Assembly (NCBI GenBank): GCA_040377305.1
Contig: JBEIPA010000012.1
Coordinates: 32,001-96,000, forward strand
DNA: 64,000 nucleotides
Origin: Flavobacteriales bacterium
GTDB lineage: Bacteria; Bacteroidota; Bacteroidia; Palsa-965
Direction of reading: 5' to 3'
Positions 1 through 9,805 of the stretch are shown piece after piece. Each line of letters begins with the position of its first letter. Within the stretch, counting starts at the first letter, position 1. The position numbers were made by a program, and so were the translations under genes. The notes below the pieces were generated by a model. It worked only from the letters and a program-made list of their open reading frames with translations. It made no database searches and was not told the DNA's origin.

Positions 1-307
1 GCAGGGTTATGCGCGCGCGAGGATATGAAAGCTTCCTATAAGCTTCAGCTATTGAAAGAACAAATACCGCTTACTCCACTATGGACGCGAAGAACCGTCG
101 ATGGCATACATTCTTCCGTAAATCTGAATACGTAAGATCCACTTAAAATCTCAACCCCTTTTTAGTCTTCACGTCTGCTTGTACGGTAACATGAGAGTTC
201 ACGAAGCATCCATGTAACCAACGGTCGTATTGGCGTAAGGAGTGGAGTGAGAACACGAGGAATAGCGGTGTGCAGGGACTATTTTTATTCTGATAAAACC
301 CCGCACC

Positions 308-1225
308 ATGAAGCTCATTAAATTCACAGGCCTCGTCCTCTGCGCGATTGTTGCGTTGGTAGTTGTGTTCTTCTCTTCACAAGCATTCGAAGAACCCAGG
401 TTGAATAAGAGATTTCAGGCGTTTGATGTTCCTCCAATCTTTCTTCGCAATGTGTCGTACGGCAGCGATCCGTCACAAACAATGGATATTTATCTGCCGA
501 AACAGTGGGACACAACCACTCCGGTGATTTTGGTAATTCATGGAGGTGGATGGGTGAGCGGAGATAAAGACGATGCGCACGGATTGTTAGTCATGTTTGC
601 ACAGCAATATCCGGAATGTGCGGTTGTAAATCTGAATTATCGTCTGTCGATGGAAGGCAGTCCCGCGTTTCCTAAGCAGCCCCAGGATATCGCAGCTGCG
701 GTGAAGAAGTTGCGGGCAGAGTACAACTTATCTCAGAAGTACTTCGTGTTTGGTTCATCAGCAGGAGGATTTCTGGCAATGATGTACGCGTATGCTTTCG
801 ACAGCACGAATCTTGTTCAGGGCGTATTCAGCAGTGTAGGCTTGTGCGATTTGACTGATTCTAAATTTCAGAGTGGATCGAGTCGTATGTATGCGGAAGT
901 AATCGTTGGTCCCGGATCTTTTACAAAAGACACTGCGAAGTACATTGAAGCCAGTCCGGTGAATTACATCGATGAAGAAACACCACCTACGATTGCATTT
1001 TACGGTGAAGATGACTCGCTCGTTCCGGTTTCTCAAAAGGAGATTCTCGAAGAAGAATTGGAAACACATGGAGTGCCGAATGTGGTTGTTTCTTACAAAG
1101 GTGCTGGTCACCGCTGGAATCAGGAAGCTCTGGAAGACTGCAAAATGCGCTTGTTCAAGTTCGTTGAGAAGAGTCTTTATCTGAAGAAAGTTTCTCAGAG
1201 TGCGCAGGATTTGAAACGAAGGTAA
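308..1225 (+). CDS. alpha/beta hydrolase (carboxylesterase-like)
   Basis: HGGGW oxyanion motif, GSSAG nucleophile elbow, C-terminal D...H (GEDD, GAGH); N-terminal signal/TM. Confidence 0.85.
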   Translation: MKLIKFTGLVLCAIVALVVVFFSSQAFEEPRLNKRFQAFDVPPIFLRNVSYGSDPSQTMDIYLPKQWDTTTPVILVIHGGGWVSGDKDDAHGLLVMFAQQYPECAVVNLNYRLSMEGSPAFPKQPQDIAAAVKKLRAEYNLSQKYFVFGSSAGGFLAMMYAYAFDSTNLVQGVFSSVGLCDLTDSKFQSGSSRMYAEVIVGPGSFTKDTAKYIEASPVNYIDEETPPTIAFYGEDDSLVPVSQKEILEEELETHGVPNVVVSYKGAGHRWNQEALEDCKMRLFKFVEKSLYLKKVSQSAQDLKRR

Positions 1226-1409
1226 TATCAACTATAGCGTGTACGTTGAAAATGAAATGAGGGTCAACATGCTTGCCACGTGACTCCGAAATGATGTGCC
1301 GATATGCTGATATGCCGATTTGCAGACGGTAGGTGTGAGCAGCGGATGGTCAAAAAGACTTCACATTTTTTAGGTTGCCTTGGAATTTGTTTCCTGATAC
1401 CTTGCTGCA

Positions 1410-1865
1410 ATGAATGTTTGGAAAGTAATCAGGTGGACACTATTCTGGATCGGAATGTTTGTCGGATTCATAGTACTTTTCACATACACTTTCGGACAGT
1501 GGCTGCCTGTTGAATTTGTTGATTGGAAGCCCAAAAGAATATACTACGACACGTTAACAGATTTAACTCCGTTCGTTGTGTTGTCAATTCTGTTGGTCAC
1601 GCTGAAAAAGGAACAAACTGGTGGATTTAAGATCGGACTTGTTACTGCGATTGTTGCAGCTGCTCCAGTCGTAATGTTCATTGTTGGAGCAATGAATTTT
1701 GGTCACAATTTCTGTGGGTGGGCAGATTCTGAGGTCATTGAAAGTGGCTCGGATTACAGAATTGTAGAGCAGTATGAAGATTGTGGAATAGCATCCGGAG
1801 GAAGTCGCACAGTAAGAATTGAGCCCTTGTTCGGTTATTGGCAAATTGTCGCTGAAGTTCGTTAG
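1410..1865 (+). CDS. hypothetical membrane protein
   Basis: 151-aa ORF with three hydrophobic segments. Confidence 0.6.
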   Translation: MNVWKVIRWTLFWIGMFVGFIVLFTYTFGQWLPVEFVDWKPKRIYYDTLTDLTPFVVLSILLVTLKKEQTGGFKIGLVTAIVAAAPVVMFIVGAMNFGHNFCGWADSEVIESGSDYRIVEQYEDCGIASGGSRTVRIEPLFGYWQIVAEVR

Positions 1866-1895
1866 TGTGAATATGATATTTCATAACTTCATTCG

Positions 1896-2273
1896 ATGAA
1901 CACAATCGGCTATTTTGAAATTCAATCCTCTTTTCCTTCCCGCGAAGTTGCTTTCTATTCTGCAGTATTCGGATGGAAATTCACGCGCGATGAAAATATT
2001 GCACTGGAATATTTTCGCATTGAAACGAAAACGATCAATGGCGGTTTATTGAAAAGACCAGCTCCGATTCCAAAAGAAGGAATGGGAACAAATGCATTTG
2101 TAAATTCTGTACAGGTAGAAAATTTCGATCTTACATTTAACCTGATTCTCGGTAACGGCGGATCCATCGCAATGCCGAAGTTTGCTATCCCGGGAAAATG
2201 CTGGCAAGGCTATTTTATGGATGCGGATAATAATACGTTCGGGATTTTTGAGGTGGATGAGAATGCGAAGTAA
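1896..2273 (+). CDS. VOC/glyoxalase family protein
   Basis: YFEI...FYSAVFGWKF, INGGLLKR, GYFMDADNNTFGIFE. Confidence 0.85.
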   Translation: MNTIGYFEIQSSFPSREVAFYSAVFGWKFTRDENIALEYFRIETKTINGGLLKRPAPIPKEGMGTNAFVNSVQVENFDLTFNLILGNGGSIAMPKFAIPGKCWQGYFMDADNNTFGIFEVDENAK

Positions 2274-2294
2274 CTTGGATTTATATTTTTCAAT

Positions 2295-3419
2295 ATGAAG
2301 AAATTACTATTCCTCGCCCTTGTTTCGTTATTGTATGAACCAGTAATTGCGCAGTGCGTTCCATCTTTCTCTTATTCAGGTTCAACAGACACTATTTCAT
2401 TTATGAATAGTTCTGTAGTGTCTGATGCGCATTATTATTGGGACTTCGGTGATGGCTCCGGATCCACAGTAGTTAGTCCCCTTCATATTTTTCCCGATGA
2501 TGGAGAGTATCTCGTCACGCTTTATGTTCTTGATACGATTACCGGGTGTTCCGATTATTCTCAAAGCCGAATCAGTGTTGTCAAGCCGGACACGAGCACG
2601 TGTGATTTGCAGTTCAGCTATGTTATACAATCGTGCATTACGGATAGCTGCTTGTACATGACGGATTCATCTACGAATTGTGGTTGGACTTATAGAAATT
2701 TTGATGGAGGACCAGGACTGAATCACAATAACGTCTGGCTAGGAGGTGGTTGGGTGTCGGCTGTATTCCTAGCTCGGGAACAAGCGTACGTTATAGACAC
2801 AGCGAGCAATAGTTACCTATTGAAAGAATATTATCAGACGGTTCCCTTTGCTTTCAGTCCCACAGTGAATTACCAGCCTTGTTCAGCGAACTTCGAAATT
2901 GAACTGACTTACTTGTGGAACGGTGCAATAGCAACTTTCACCGCTATGAACCGGTTTGCCACATCTTATCAGTGGGAAGTAATAGGTTTTGGAAATCCGA
3001 TTTATTCAAGCACTAATGTCATTTCACAATTTTATCCCTACCAACCGGGCGAGCAAGCGTTTCCGTGGCTCGTGGTCTTAAGAACAAATGACACTATCAA
3101 CGACTGCGGCGAAACTTTCACGAGACATGTTCTCATCCGGGATCCGTATTTCAATATTTCTACGGGAATTGAGGAAAGAACATCACCAGGACTAAACTGT
3201 TATCCAAACCCAACAACAGACATCTTAAATGTCAGTTTGCCTGGATCAAGTGGAATTAAAACCATCACCGTGATTGACGTGGTTGGTCATGAAGTGCATG
3301 GAACGACAACTGTACAGAACGAATTTAAACTTGATGTGAATGCACTGGCTCCTGGTTTATATTTGATTCAGGTAATTGATGGAGATAAAATTTACCATTC
3401 CCAATTCATTCGGCAATAG
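2295..3419 (+). CDS. PKD-domain protein with T9SS type A C-terminal domain
   Basis: Signal peptide, YYWDFGDG PKD motif, C-terminal YPNPT...GLYLIQV. Confidence 0.8.
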   Translation: MKKLLFLALVSLLYEPVIAQCVPSFSYSGSTDTISFMNSSVVSDAHYYWDFGDGSGSTVVSPLHIFPDDGEYLVTLYVLDTITGCSDYSQSRISVVKPDTSTCDLQFSYVIQSCITDSCLYMTDSSTNCGWTYRNFDGGPGLNHNNVWLGGGWVSAVFLAREQAYVIDTASNSYLLKEYYQTVPFAFSPTVNYQPCSANFEIELTYLWNGAIATFTAMNRFATSYQWEVIGFGNPIYSSTNVISQFYPYQPGEQAFPWLVVLRTNDTINDCGETFTRHVLIRDPYFNISTGIEERTSPGLNCYPNPTTDILNVSLPGSSGIKTITVIDVVGHEVHGTTTVQNEFKLDVNALAPGLYLIQVIDGDKIYHSQFIRQ

Positions 3420-3469
3420 CCCCTATACGACCATCGTCCGAAGAAATTATTTGAAGGCTAACTTACATT

Positions 3470-3931
3470 ATGAAAAAATCCATCCTCCTTTATTCTTCCC
3501 TGATCCTCCTCTCAACTTCCTGCGGAGAAACCTATCAACCCAATGCAGACTCTGTACCAGTTGCAAAAGAAGTCACTGCAAATGATCAACCTTCGGAACC
3601 CGTAGCTATGAGCGATCCCAAAGTATTCTACTACGACTATGTCGGACAACGCGGTGCAGAGGAAGCACTCGTGATGAGCAAAGAAGATGCGCTTACTGAA
3701 ATGAAAAATCTGCCGGAAGAAGATGGTAACTTTTTTGGTCTCGAATTGAGCGACGGCAAAATCGTTCAGTTCATGTACGATGAAAAGAAAGCAACCTGGT
3801 TCCTCGATATTCCAAATCCGGTGACGCAGGATTCGTACAATGCAGATGTAACACGTGACGATGTGCTAAAAATCATCAGCGATGTTTATGACGGGAAGAA
3901 TGCTGATGATGTAACGGCAGCTTATAAATAA
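3470..3931 (+). CDS. hypothetical lipoprotein
   Basis: Lipobox-like LSTSC after hydrophobic stretch. Confidence 0.65.
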   Translation: MKKSILLYSSLILLSTSCGETYQPNADSVPVAKEVTANDQPSEPVAMSDPKVFYYDYVGQRGAEEALVMSKEDALTEMKNLPEEDGNFFGLELSDGKIVQFMYDEKKATWFLDIPNPVTQDSYNADVTRDDVLKIISDVYDGKNADDVTAAYK

Positions 3932-4174
3932 GCTTTGCGTTCCTTTGCGGCTTGGCGCCTTTGTAGTTAAATGTCAACTGTTTTTTAGGGCAGGTACCGC
4001 AGTAACATACACACAGTCGTCGGCAACTTACTGCAACGGCTCCGGAAATATCTTTGGGGCATTATGATGATACTCGTGCCCACATTTGCTCTTCTGGGCA
4101 AAACTGTGTCATTCTCTCCACGATAAATCTTTACTTAGCAAAAAATAGTTCTTCACGGTTTCACAACATGGGTA

Positions 4175-4182
4175 TAATTTTG
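4175..4182 (+). promoter_or_regulatory. Bacteroidota -7 promoter box TAATTTTG
   Basis: Exact TAnnTTTG about 22 nt upstream of ATG 4205. Confidence 0.55.
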
Positions 4183-4204
4183 TCGGATAAACAAAAACAA
4201 ACCC

Positions 4205-4726
4205 ATGAAGGCAATAATTTTCACGATCTGTTGTTCCGCTGTGCTGATTGCATGCAACAACAAGAAAGATTACGGTAGGTATAATACTGCAGTCGATAAT
4301 GCAAGAACGTACTTCAACACGGAGCGCGGTGATGATGCTGAGTACGAAGAAATATCATGGAGCGCACCGGAACCACGCAAAGTCGAGTGGAAGACATCGG
4401 ATCGCTACAAATTGTATCAGGATACAATCGTGATGATGCAGGAACAGTTGCGCATCATGAACGACAGCCTTGAGATCGAAATGCAAATGAACGGGGCAGA
4501 AACACCGTATTATAATTCCCTGCGGATGCGTCGCGATGGCTACCAGATGTACTACACCACGTACAACAATGAAGTGGAAAGAATGAAAGCGTATGATAAT
4601 AATCCGGAGTATCGCGGCTATTCAATCTATCACGAATACAATATGGATGGATCGCCGAAACACGTGCGCATCATTTTCGATGACACCACCACATGGCATG
4701 CGACTGAAGTTATCTACGAAGAATAA
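4205..4726 (+). CDS. hypothetical lipoprotein
   Basis: Lipobox LIAC; 173 aa with coiled-coil-like middle. Confidence 0.65.
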   Translation: MKAIIFTICCSAVLIACNNKKDYGRYNTAVDNARTYFNTERGDDAEYEEISWSAPEPRKVEWKTSDRYKLYQDTIVMMQEQLRIMNDSLEIEMQMNGAETPYYNSLRMRRDGYQMYYTTYNNEVERMKAYDNNPEYRGYSIYHEYNMDGSPKHVRIIFDDTTTWHATEVIYEE

Positions 4727-4872
4727 ACACATAGTAACATAGACCGTCGTTTTCTGGTTGGGCGAAAGGAATACATAGTCCACAGGAGGATATCGCTTTA
4801 CGCGATATTCTCTTGTGAACTATGATCGCGTAGCGCCTTAGCACTCAACGAAAACTATGTTCCTATGTGGTT
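4725..4872. repeat. nested inverted repeat between convergent genes
   Basis: Outer arms aacacatagtaacatag / ctatgttcctatgtggtt; inner arms catagtccacaggaggatatcgc / gcgatattctcttgtgaactatg. Confidence 0.6.
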
Positions 4873-5680
4873 ACGGTTCGAAGTCGACATGAAAATGATC
4901 ATCATGTTGCTTGTCCGTGAGCTCAGGTAAATTCATTGCAAAGTATATTCCTTTTGCTTTTACTTTCTTGCCGGTTTTGGTTGCATAAAATTCCGGCTTG
5001 AGTGAAAGCATGAGGATTACTTTTTTTACACGTAACCCTTGCGTGCGCGCGTGCTTCTCCAGAGAAAGTATCTGCTGGCCCAGAAGCGTGAAATCAATTT
5101 CAATGGTGGAGTCTGTTTTTAATCGACCCTTGTCATCAAACTGCAGGCGATAGTGCATTCCACCAATTGTATCGAGACCATAATACGGAACGGAATCTTT
5201 CAGAAGCGGAACCATCAGATCAATACTTCTTCCATTCTGATGTGTGCGGTGACCGGGAATTGGTCCGCCGGTTTTTAATCCGGTTTCCATGTACGTAAAT
5301 ATTCTTCCCGGCGCAGTCGTTTCTAATTCTGCATACGACAGTTCGAGCGTGTTTCGCATCTTGTCGCTCATGTACGCGTGTCCCCACACATAACTCATCG
5401 TGTCGAAGTAGCGATAGTTTTTTCCGGAGAAGGGTAGAAGCTTCGCATGTTCGAGCGTTCCACCTGCTTCTGTACCTGTACACACGCTGGGGAGCGAATC
5501 GCCTTTGTGATTGTTGTAGTAAATCTCGACGGGAGAAAGTCCTGGTTGTTGTGTCGTGGTCTCTGTCCCGGCATGCGTCAGTTCTGCGACTACGAGACCA
5601 CAACCAGAGAGTGTTTCCGGATTATTCGTGAACAACAAGAATCCACTGGCGAAAAAGAGGGCGAGCTTGGTCATCATCAA
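4871..5680 (-). CDS. penicillin-insensitive murein endopeptidase (MepA-like)
   Basis: GHRTHQNGRSIDL and HDDHFHV zinc-ligand motifs of LAS/MepA peptidases. Confidence 0.75.
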   Translation of the reverse strand: MMMTKLALFFASGFLLFTNNPETLSGCGLVVAELTHAGTETTTQQPGLSPVEIYYNNHKGDSLPSVCTGTEAGGTLEHAKLLPFSGKNYRYFDTMSYVWGHAYMSDKMRNTLELSYAELETTAPGRIFTYMETGLKTGGPIPGHRTHQNGRSIDLMVPLLKDSVPYYGLDTIGGMHYRLQFDDKGRLKTDSTIEIDFTLLGQQILSLEKHARTQGLRVKKVILMLSLKPEFYATKTGKKVKAKGIYFAMNLPELTDKQHDDHFHVDFEP

Positions 5681-5841
5681 AGAGGTTTTGAAAATGAAAG
5701 CTAGTGCGGGAAGTGCGTGAAGAAATGTTAAATGGAACTATCCGTTAATTAGAACTTTCAAGTGGTTGCTTCGACACCACAATTGGAAATCAAGGAAGTT
5801 CAACGCACGTGTTAAAAGCAGGATCGCACCAGAATCGTGAT

Positions 5842-7401
5842 CTAGTACTTCACCCAGCGTACACAGCTAGTACTGAAACCCGATGTTACATTGATGAAAT
5901 ACACGCCAGCTGGCCATGCAGAAGCGTCGTATACAATTGTATTCTGATTGCCTCCGGTGTATTCAATCGTGAAACAATCGACTTGCTGACCGAACGCATT
6001 GTAAATTTCAATACTGCTTGTCGCGTTAGTCTCTGTCGTGTATTGAATGTTCAGTACATCACTTCCGGGATTTGGAAAAAGTGTACAATTCAAATCTCCG
6101 GATGATGGGCTCTGAACTGTCAGCAGATTCTCCGACGCTTCCAGATACAATCCCATCGTGTACACATCGAGATAATCGCCACTGCTGGAAACAACGTTGT
6201 TGATGTATTGACCAATCAGATTCGTTAGTGAATCATGCAAAGTCTGAGGAACAATACTCGTGTCGAGACGCCATGCCCGCAACAATCCATCGAAACCGGT
6301 TGATGCATCGCAAGCACTTTCATAAACAATGAAATTGCGTAATGCGGAACACAACATATGAGTAAGCGTATCCTGCCATTGATTGTTCGGATCGGCGTAC
6401 ATCAGTGTTGCAGAAACGTTGTGGATAATGATGCTGTGATAAACCGAACGTGCATTGTGACCATCCATCCAACGTCCGTTAACGAGTTGTCCGGGAAGTA
6501 CGGAATATCTCAGAATTGTATCGGCATTCATCGTCCAGTCGGAATTGCCGGGTGCCAATGCATATCCAAACGCCAATCCGTAAGTCTGAAACGAATTGTA
6601 ATTGTAGTTGGTGTTCATGCGCAGTGTGTCCATGTACGCAGCAGTTTTCAGTGCAGCATTACGGTAGTTCGTATCGCCGGTGAACAGAAATGCTTCTGCG
6701 AATGCACCGCCGATCACTCCTGCATCGAATTTAAATTCACCGGTACCCGAATCATCAATGATCCATCCGTTAACGAGTACATTCACCGAATCACTTCCCA
6801 GACTCTGCATGTAATTGTTGATGATGGGCGTGTACACCGGATCGTTGTAGGTGCGCAAATCCGGAAACGGAAAAGCACCATTGGCAAGCTGCAAGGTTAG
6901 AAGAGAATCGAGTCCATCGGTTGCCCACTGCAGGTATAAATTCCGACGCGCCAAATCTGTTTCTGCAAGTGCAATGCGGATTAACCCAATACTTATCTCA
7001 GCACCCGCACGTAGAGGAACTGAATGAGGAAGATATGCTGGCGGTAATTCGCCCTTGCAGATTCTCCACGTTTGCGTGTATGCAAGGCTGTCGGCCGAAA
7101 TAAGGGCGCGTGAAACCAGCAGCGCATTTGACAATGGCAACCAGGTTGTATTGGTATTGAGCGGCGAATAATTTTCCGCAGCTTCCGGTTGACCCGCTTC
7201 AGTACCTAATACAATTCTGGCCTGATTACTCAACGAATCAATCTGCACCAGATTCTTGTTGTAGAGTGCTGTTTGAATTGCAGCAGTCAACATAGACATT
7301 TGTGAATTCTGCGTGCTGTTCAGAACCTGAACTTCGTTGCATTGCGCACACAGTTGAACTGAAAGTGCGAGTCCGAGAATGGTGAATAGGGTTTGTTTCA
7401 T
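5842..7401 (-). CDS. T9SS type A cargo protein, helical-barrel-like N-terminal domain of unknown activity
   Basis: Signal peptide; QLANGAF and AFLFTGDTNYRNAA segments; C-terminal FPNPG...GVYFINV. Confidence 0.7.
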   Translation of the reverse strand: MKQTLFTILGLALSVQLCAQCNEVQVLNSTQNSQMSMLTAAIQTALYNKNLVQIDSLSNQARIVLGTEAGQPEAAENYSPLNTNTTWLPLSNALLVSRALISADSLAYTQTWRICKGELPPAYLPHSVPLRAGAEISIGLIRIALAETDLARRNLYLQWATDGLDSLLTLQLANGAFPFPDLRTYNDPVYTPIINNYMQSLGSDSVNVLVNGWIIDDSGTGEFKFDAGVIGGAFAEAFLFTGDTNYRNAALKTAAYMDTLRMNTNYNYNSFQTYGLAFGYALAPGNSDWTMNADTILRYSVLPGQLVNGRWMDGHNARSVYHSIIIHNVSATLMYADPNNQWQDTLTHMLCSALRNFIVYESACDASTGFDGLLRAWRLDTSIVPQTLHDSLTNLIGQYINNVVSSSGDYLDVYTMGLYLEASENLLTVQSPSSGDLNCTLFPNPGSDVLNIQYTTETNATSSIEIYNAFGQQVDCFTIEYTGGNQNTIVYDASAWPAGVYFINVTSGFSTSCVRWVKY

Positions 7402-7441
7402 GTGCAGCGACTGAATAACAAGATTAACAATGTACTCGCTT

Positions 7442-7840
7442 CTAATCCTTCTTCCTTAAAAACGAAACGAAGACACAAAGCCAACCCGCAATAAACAACA
7501 ACCCACCAAGCGGTGTAATCGGTCCAAGAAAACCTGCATTAAATCCGGTAATGTTTCTCGTTGAAAGAAAATAGATTGATCCGGAAAAGAACAGAACGCC
7601 AATAATGAACAACCACATGGCTGACTTTAAGAGTTTCGTTTCACCAAATACTTTTGCGAGAATCCCGATTGCAATCAGCGCGAAGGCATGATACATCTGG
7701 TAACGCGATCCGGTATCCCAGGAGTTCAGTTGCACATCAGTCAGTTGTCCGCCTTCTTTCAAGGCATGTGCGCCCATTGCACCGAGTATAACAGCGAGTG
7801 CGGCGAAGATGGAACCGGTGAGAATAGATTTTCTGATCAT
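7442..7840 (-). CDS. DUF423 (YgdD/TMEM256) membrane protein
   Basis: GAMGAHAL, YQMYHA, FSGSIY, GPITPLGG motifs; start taken at MIRK. Confidence 0.9.
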   Translation of the reverse strand: MIRKSILTGSIFAALAVILGAMGAHALKEGGQLTDVQLNSWDTGSRYQMYHAFALIAIGILAKVFGETKLLKSAMWLFIIGVLFFSGSIYFLSTRNITGFNAGFLGPITPLGGLLFIAGWLCVFVSFLRKKD

Positions 7841-7857
7841 GAGATAAAGGTACAATT

Positions 7858-7995
7858 GTCAGCCCTCGGTACGTCCGGGATGTATCTGAAAATTCAATGG
7901 AGGCGACTACTCGGCCTGACAATTGAGTTCTTGTCAGACCGAGTAACCTCCACCATCTTGCGTGCATGAATTTTTTAGGTGTACCGAGGGATGGC
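7858..7995. repeat. inverted pair of expanded REP-like units
   Basis: gtcagccctcggtac...ctcggcctgac (7858-7920) facing gtcagaccgagt...gtaccgagggatggc (7933-7995). Confidence 0.5.
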
Positions 7996-8073
7996 AGGAA
8001 CATTCTCCGCAAAAGGAGCGACATTCACCGATTTCGAGGCAACCATTGACACCGAAAGTCTATCTTGTGAATA

Positions 8074-8772
8074 GTGAAATCCGCTGTTAGCATTCTACTT
8101 TTTCCTGTGCTGTTGATCATATTCACCGTCAACACATCATTCGTTGATCCGGCGAAGAAAGAGTTCACATTCACCGGCTACTTCGGTATAGACAAGCTTG
8201 TGCAGGACAAAAAGTACTGGTGTGCAGCAAAAGGCGATTCCATCAGCCTTAGCATGTGCCGCTTTTATGTGTCGAACATGAAACTGTTGAAGGATGATGT
8301 AGAGTGGGGGAGAATGGAATACAAACTCATTGATTTGTTCGACAGTACCACAACCAGGATGGACATTCCACATTACTCACGGAATGGAGTAAATGCGGTT
8401 CGGTTTTATCTCGGTATTGACAGCGTAAGGAATGTGGCAGGTGTAGGTTCTGGTGATCTCGATCCAACAAAGGGAATGTATTGGTCGTGGCAAAGTGGTT
8501 ACATCAACATGAAACTGGAAGGAAACAGTAAACTCTGTTCGAAATCGAAAAATGAATTTCAATATCACCTCGGAGGTTATGCCTCACCAAACAATGCGTT
8601 GCAGTTGGTGGAACTGAAACTTGAAAAAGGCGAATCGTACAATATCAAGGTTGACGTCGAACAGTTTTTCTCCCGAACCGATATGAGAGAAACAGCCCAC
8701 GTGATGTCTCCAGCGCTTAAGGCAGTCGAGCTTTCTGTTAACGCTTCGAAAATGTTTTCCATCGCCGAATGA
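8074..8772 (+). CDS. MbnP-family protein
   Basis: GDLDPTKGMYWSWQSGYINMKLEG (WxW motif), YHLGG; overlaps the next gene. Confidence 0.8.
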   Translation: MKSAVSILLFPVLLIIFTVNTSFVDPAKKEFTFTGYFGIDKLVQDKKYWCAAKGDSISLSMCRFYVSNMKLLKDDVEWGRMEYKLIDLFDSTTTRMDIPHYSRNGVNAVRFYLGIDSVRNVAGVGSGDLDPTKGMYWSWQSGYINMKLEGNSKLCSKSKNEFQYHLGGYASPNNALQLVELKLEKGESYNIKVDVEQFFSRTDMRETAHVMSPALKAVELSVNASKMFSIAE

Positions 8773-9791
8773 AGAACAGACTTTCTGTATTGATCGTATT
8801 AGCGTTACTACTGTTTGGTTTCCGATCGGTTCCTGCTCTCTTTTCATATCCGGAGTATTTTCCAAAACCGGTTTACGATGTAAAGAAACATGCGTTGACC
8901 GCAGAAAAAATTGAACTGGGAAGAAAACTCTTCTACGATCCGATATTGTCGCTCGATAGTTCCACCTCATGTGCATCCTGTCATTCTCCGTACAACGCTT
9001 TCGCACACATCGACCACAAACTAAGTCATGGCATAAACGACAGCATTGGAACGAGAAATGCTCCTGCTTTGTTTAACCTTGCGTGGCAATCGCAATTCAT
9101 GTGGGATGGCGCTGTGAATAATATCGAAGTTCAGCCTCTTGCTCCAATTGCGAATCCGATTGAAATGCACGAAGACATTGCGCATGTAGTTTTCAAATTG
9201 CAGCGTTCGAAAATTTATCCCACTTTTTTCCGCAATGCATTTGGCGATTCGGTCATCACCGGCCAACATGTTTTGCTCGCCCTCACACAGTTTCAGTTGA
9301 CGCTAGTTTCCTGTAATTCGAAATACGATAGCGTGATGAATCATACAGCGACTTTCACGAAGCAGGAACAGAATGGCCACGATTTGTTTCAGAAACATTG
9401 CAACTCGTGTCATACAGCACCGCTGTTTTCAACATACGCGTATGCAAGCAACGGGTTGCCGGTCGACACATTTCTGAACGACATTGGACGCGCGGGCATC
9501 ACACACATCGCGAGCGATTCCTTCCTGTTCAAGATTCCTTCTTTGCGCAATGTAGCGTACACGTTCCCATACATGCACGATGGCCGGTATGCGAAGTTGT
9601 ATGATGTAGTTAACTATTATTCAACGACCGGAAACAAGTCGCGATTTGTTTCACCTCAGCTTTCGCAACCAATCCTATTATCGTCCGACGAAAAAGTTGA
9701 TCTCGTCGCATTTATGTTGACGTTGAGTGACAAAAGTTTCATTTTTAATAAAAATATCGGACCTCCACCGCTGGAGCAGAAGAAGCCCTGA
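8769..9791 (+). CDS. di-heme cytochrome c peroxidase family protein (MbnH/MauG-like)
   Basis: CASCH and CNSCH heme motifs, RNAP.LFNLAW, FMWDG, PSLRNV...PYMHDG. Confidence 0.9.
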   Translation: MKNRLSVLIVLALLLFGFRSVPALFSYPEYFPKPVYDVKKHALTAEKIELGRKLFYDPILSLDSSTSCASCHSPYNAFAHIDHKLSHGINDSIGTRNAPALFNLAWQSQFMWDGAVNNIEVQPLAPIANPIEMHEDIAHVVFKLQRSKIYPTFFRNAFGDSVITGQHVLLALTQFQLTLVSCNSKYDSVMNHTATFTKQEQNGHDLFQKHCNSCHTAPLFSTYAYASNGLPVDTFLNDIGRAGITHIASDSFLFKIPSLRNVAYTFPYMHDGRYAKLYDVVNYYSTTGNKSRFVSPQLSQPILLSSDEKVDLVAFMLTLSDKSFIFNKNIGPPPLEQKKP

Positions 9792-9805
9792 TCAAAACCT
9801 AAGCT

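Noticed and set aside
1-300. Possible 3' end of a gene or structured RNA at the window start
   Set aside because: Frame 1 is open to 135 but shows no recognisable motif, and no convincing group II intron domain V is present.
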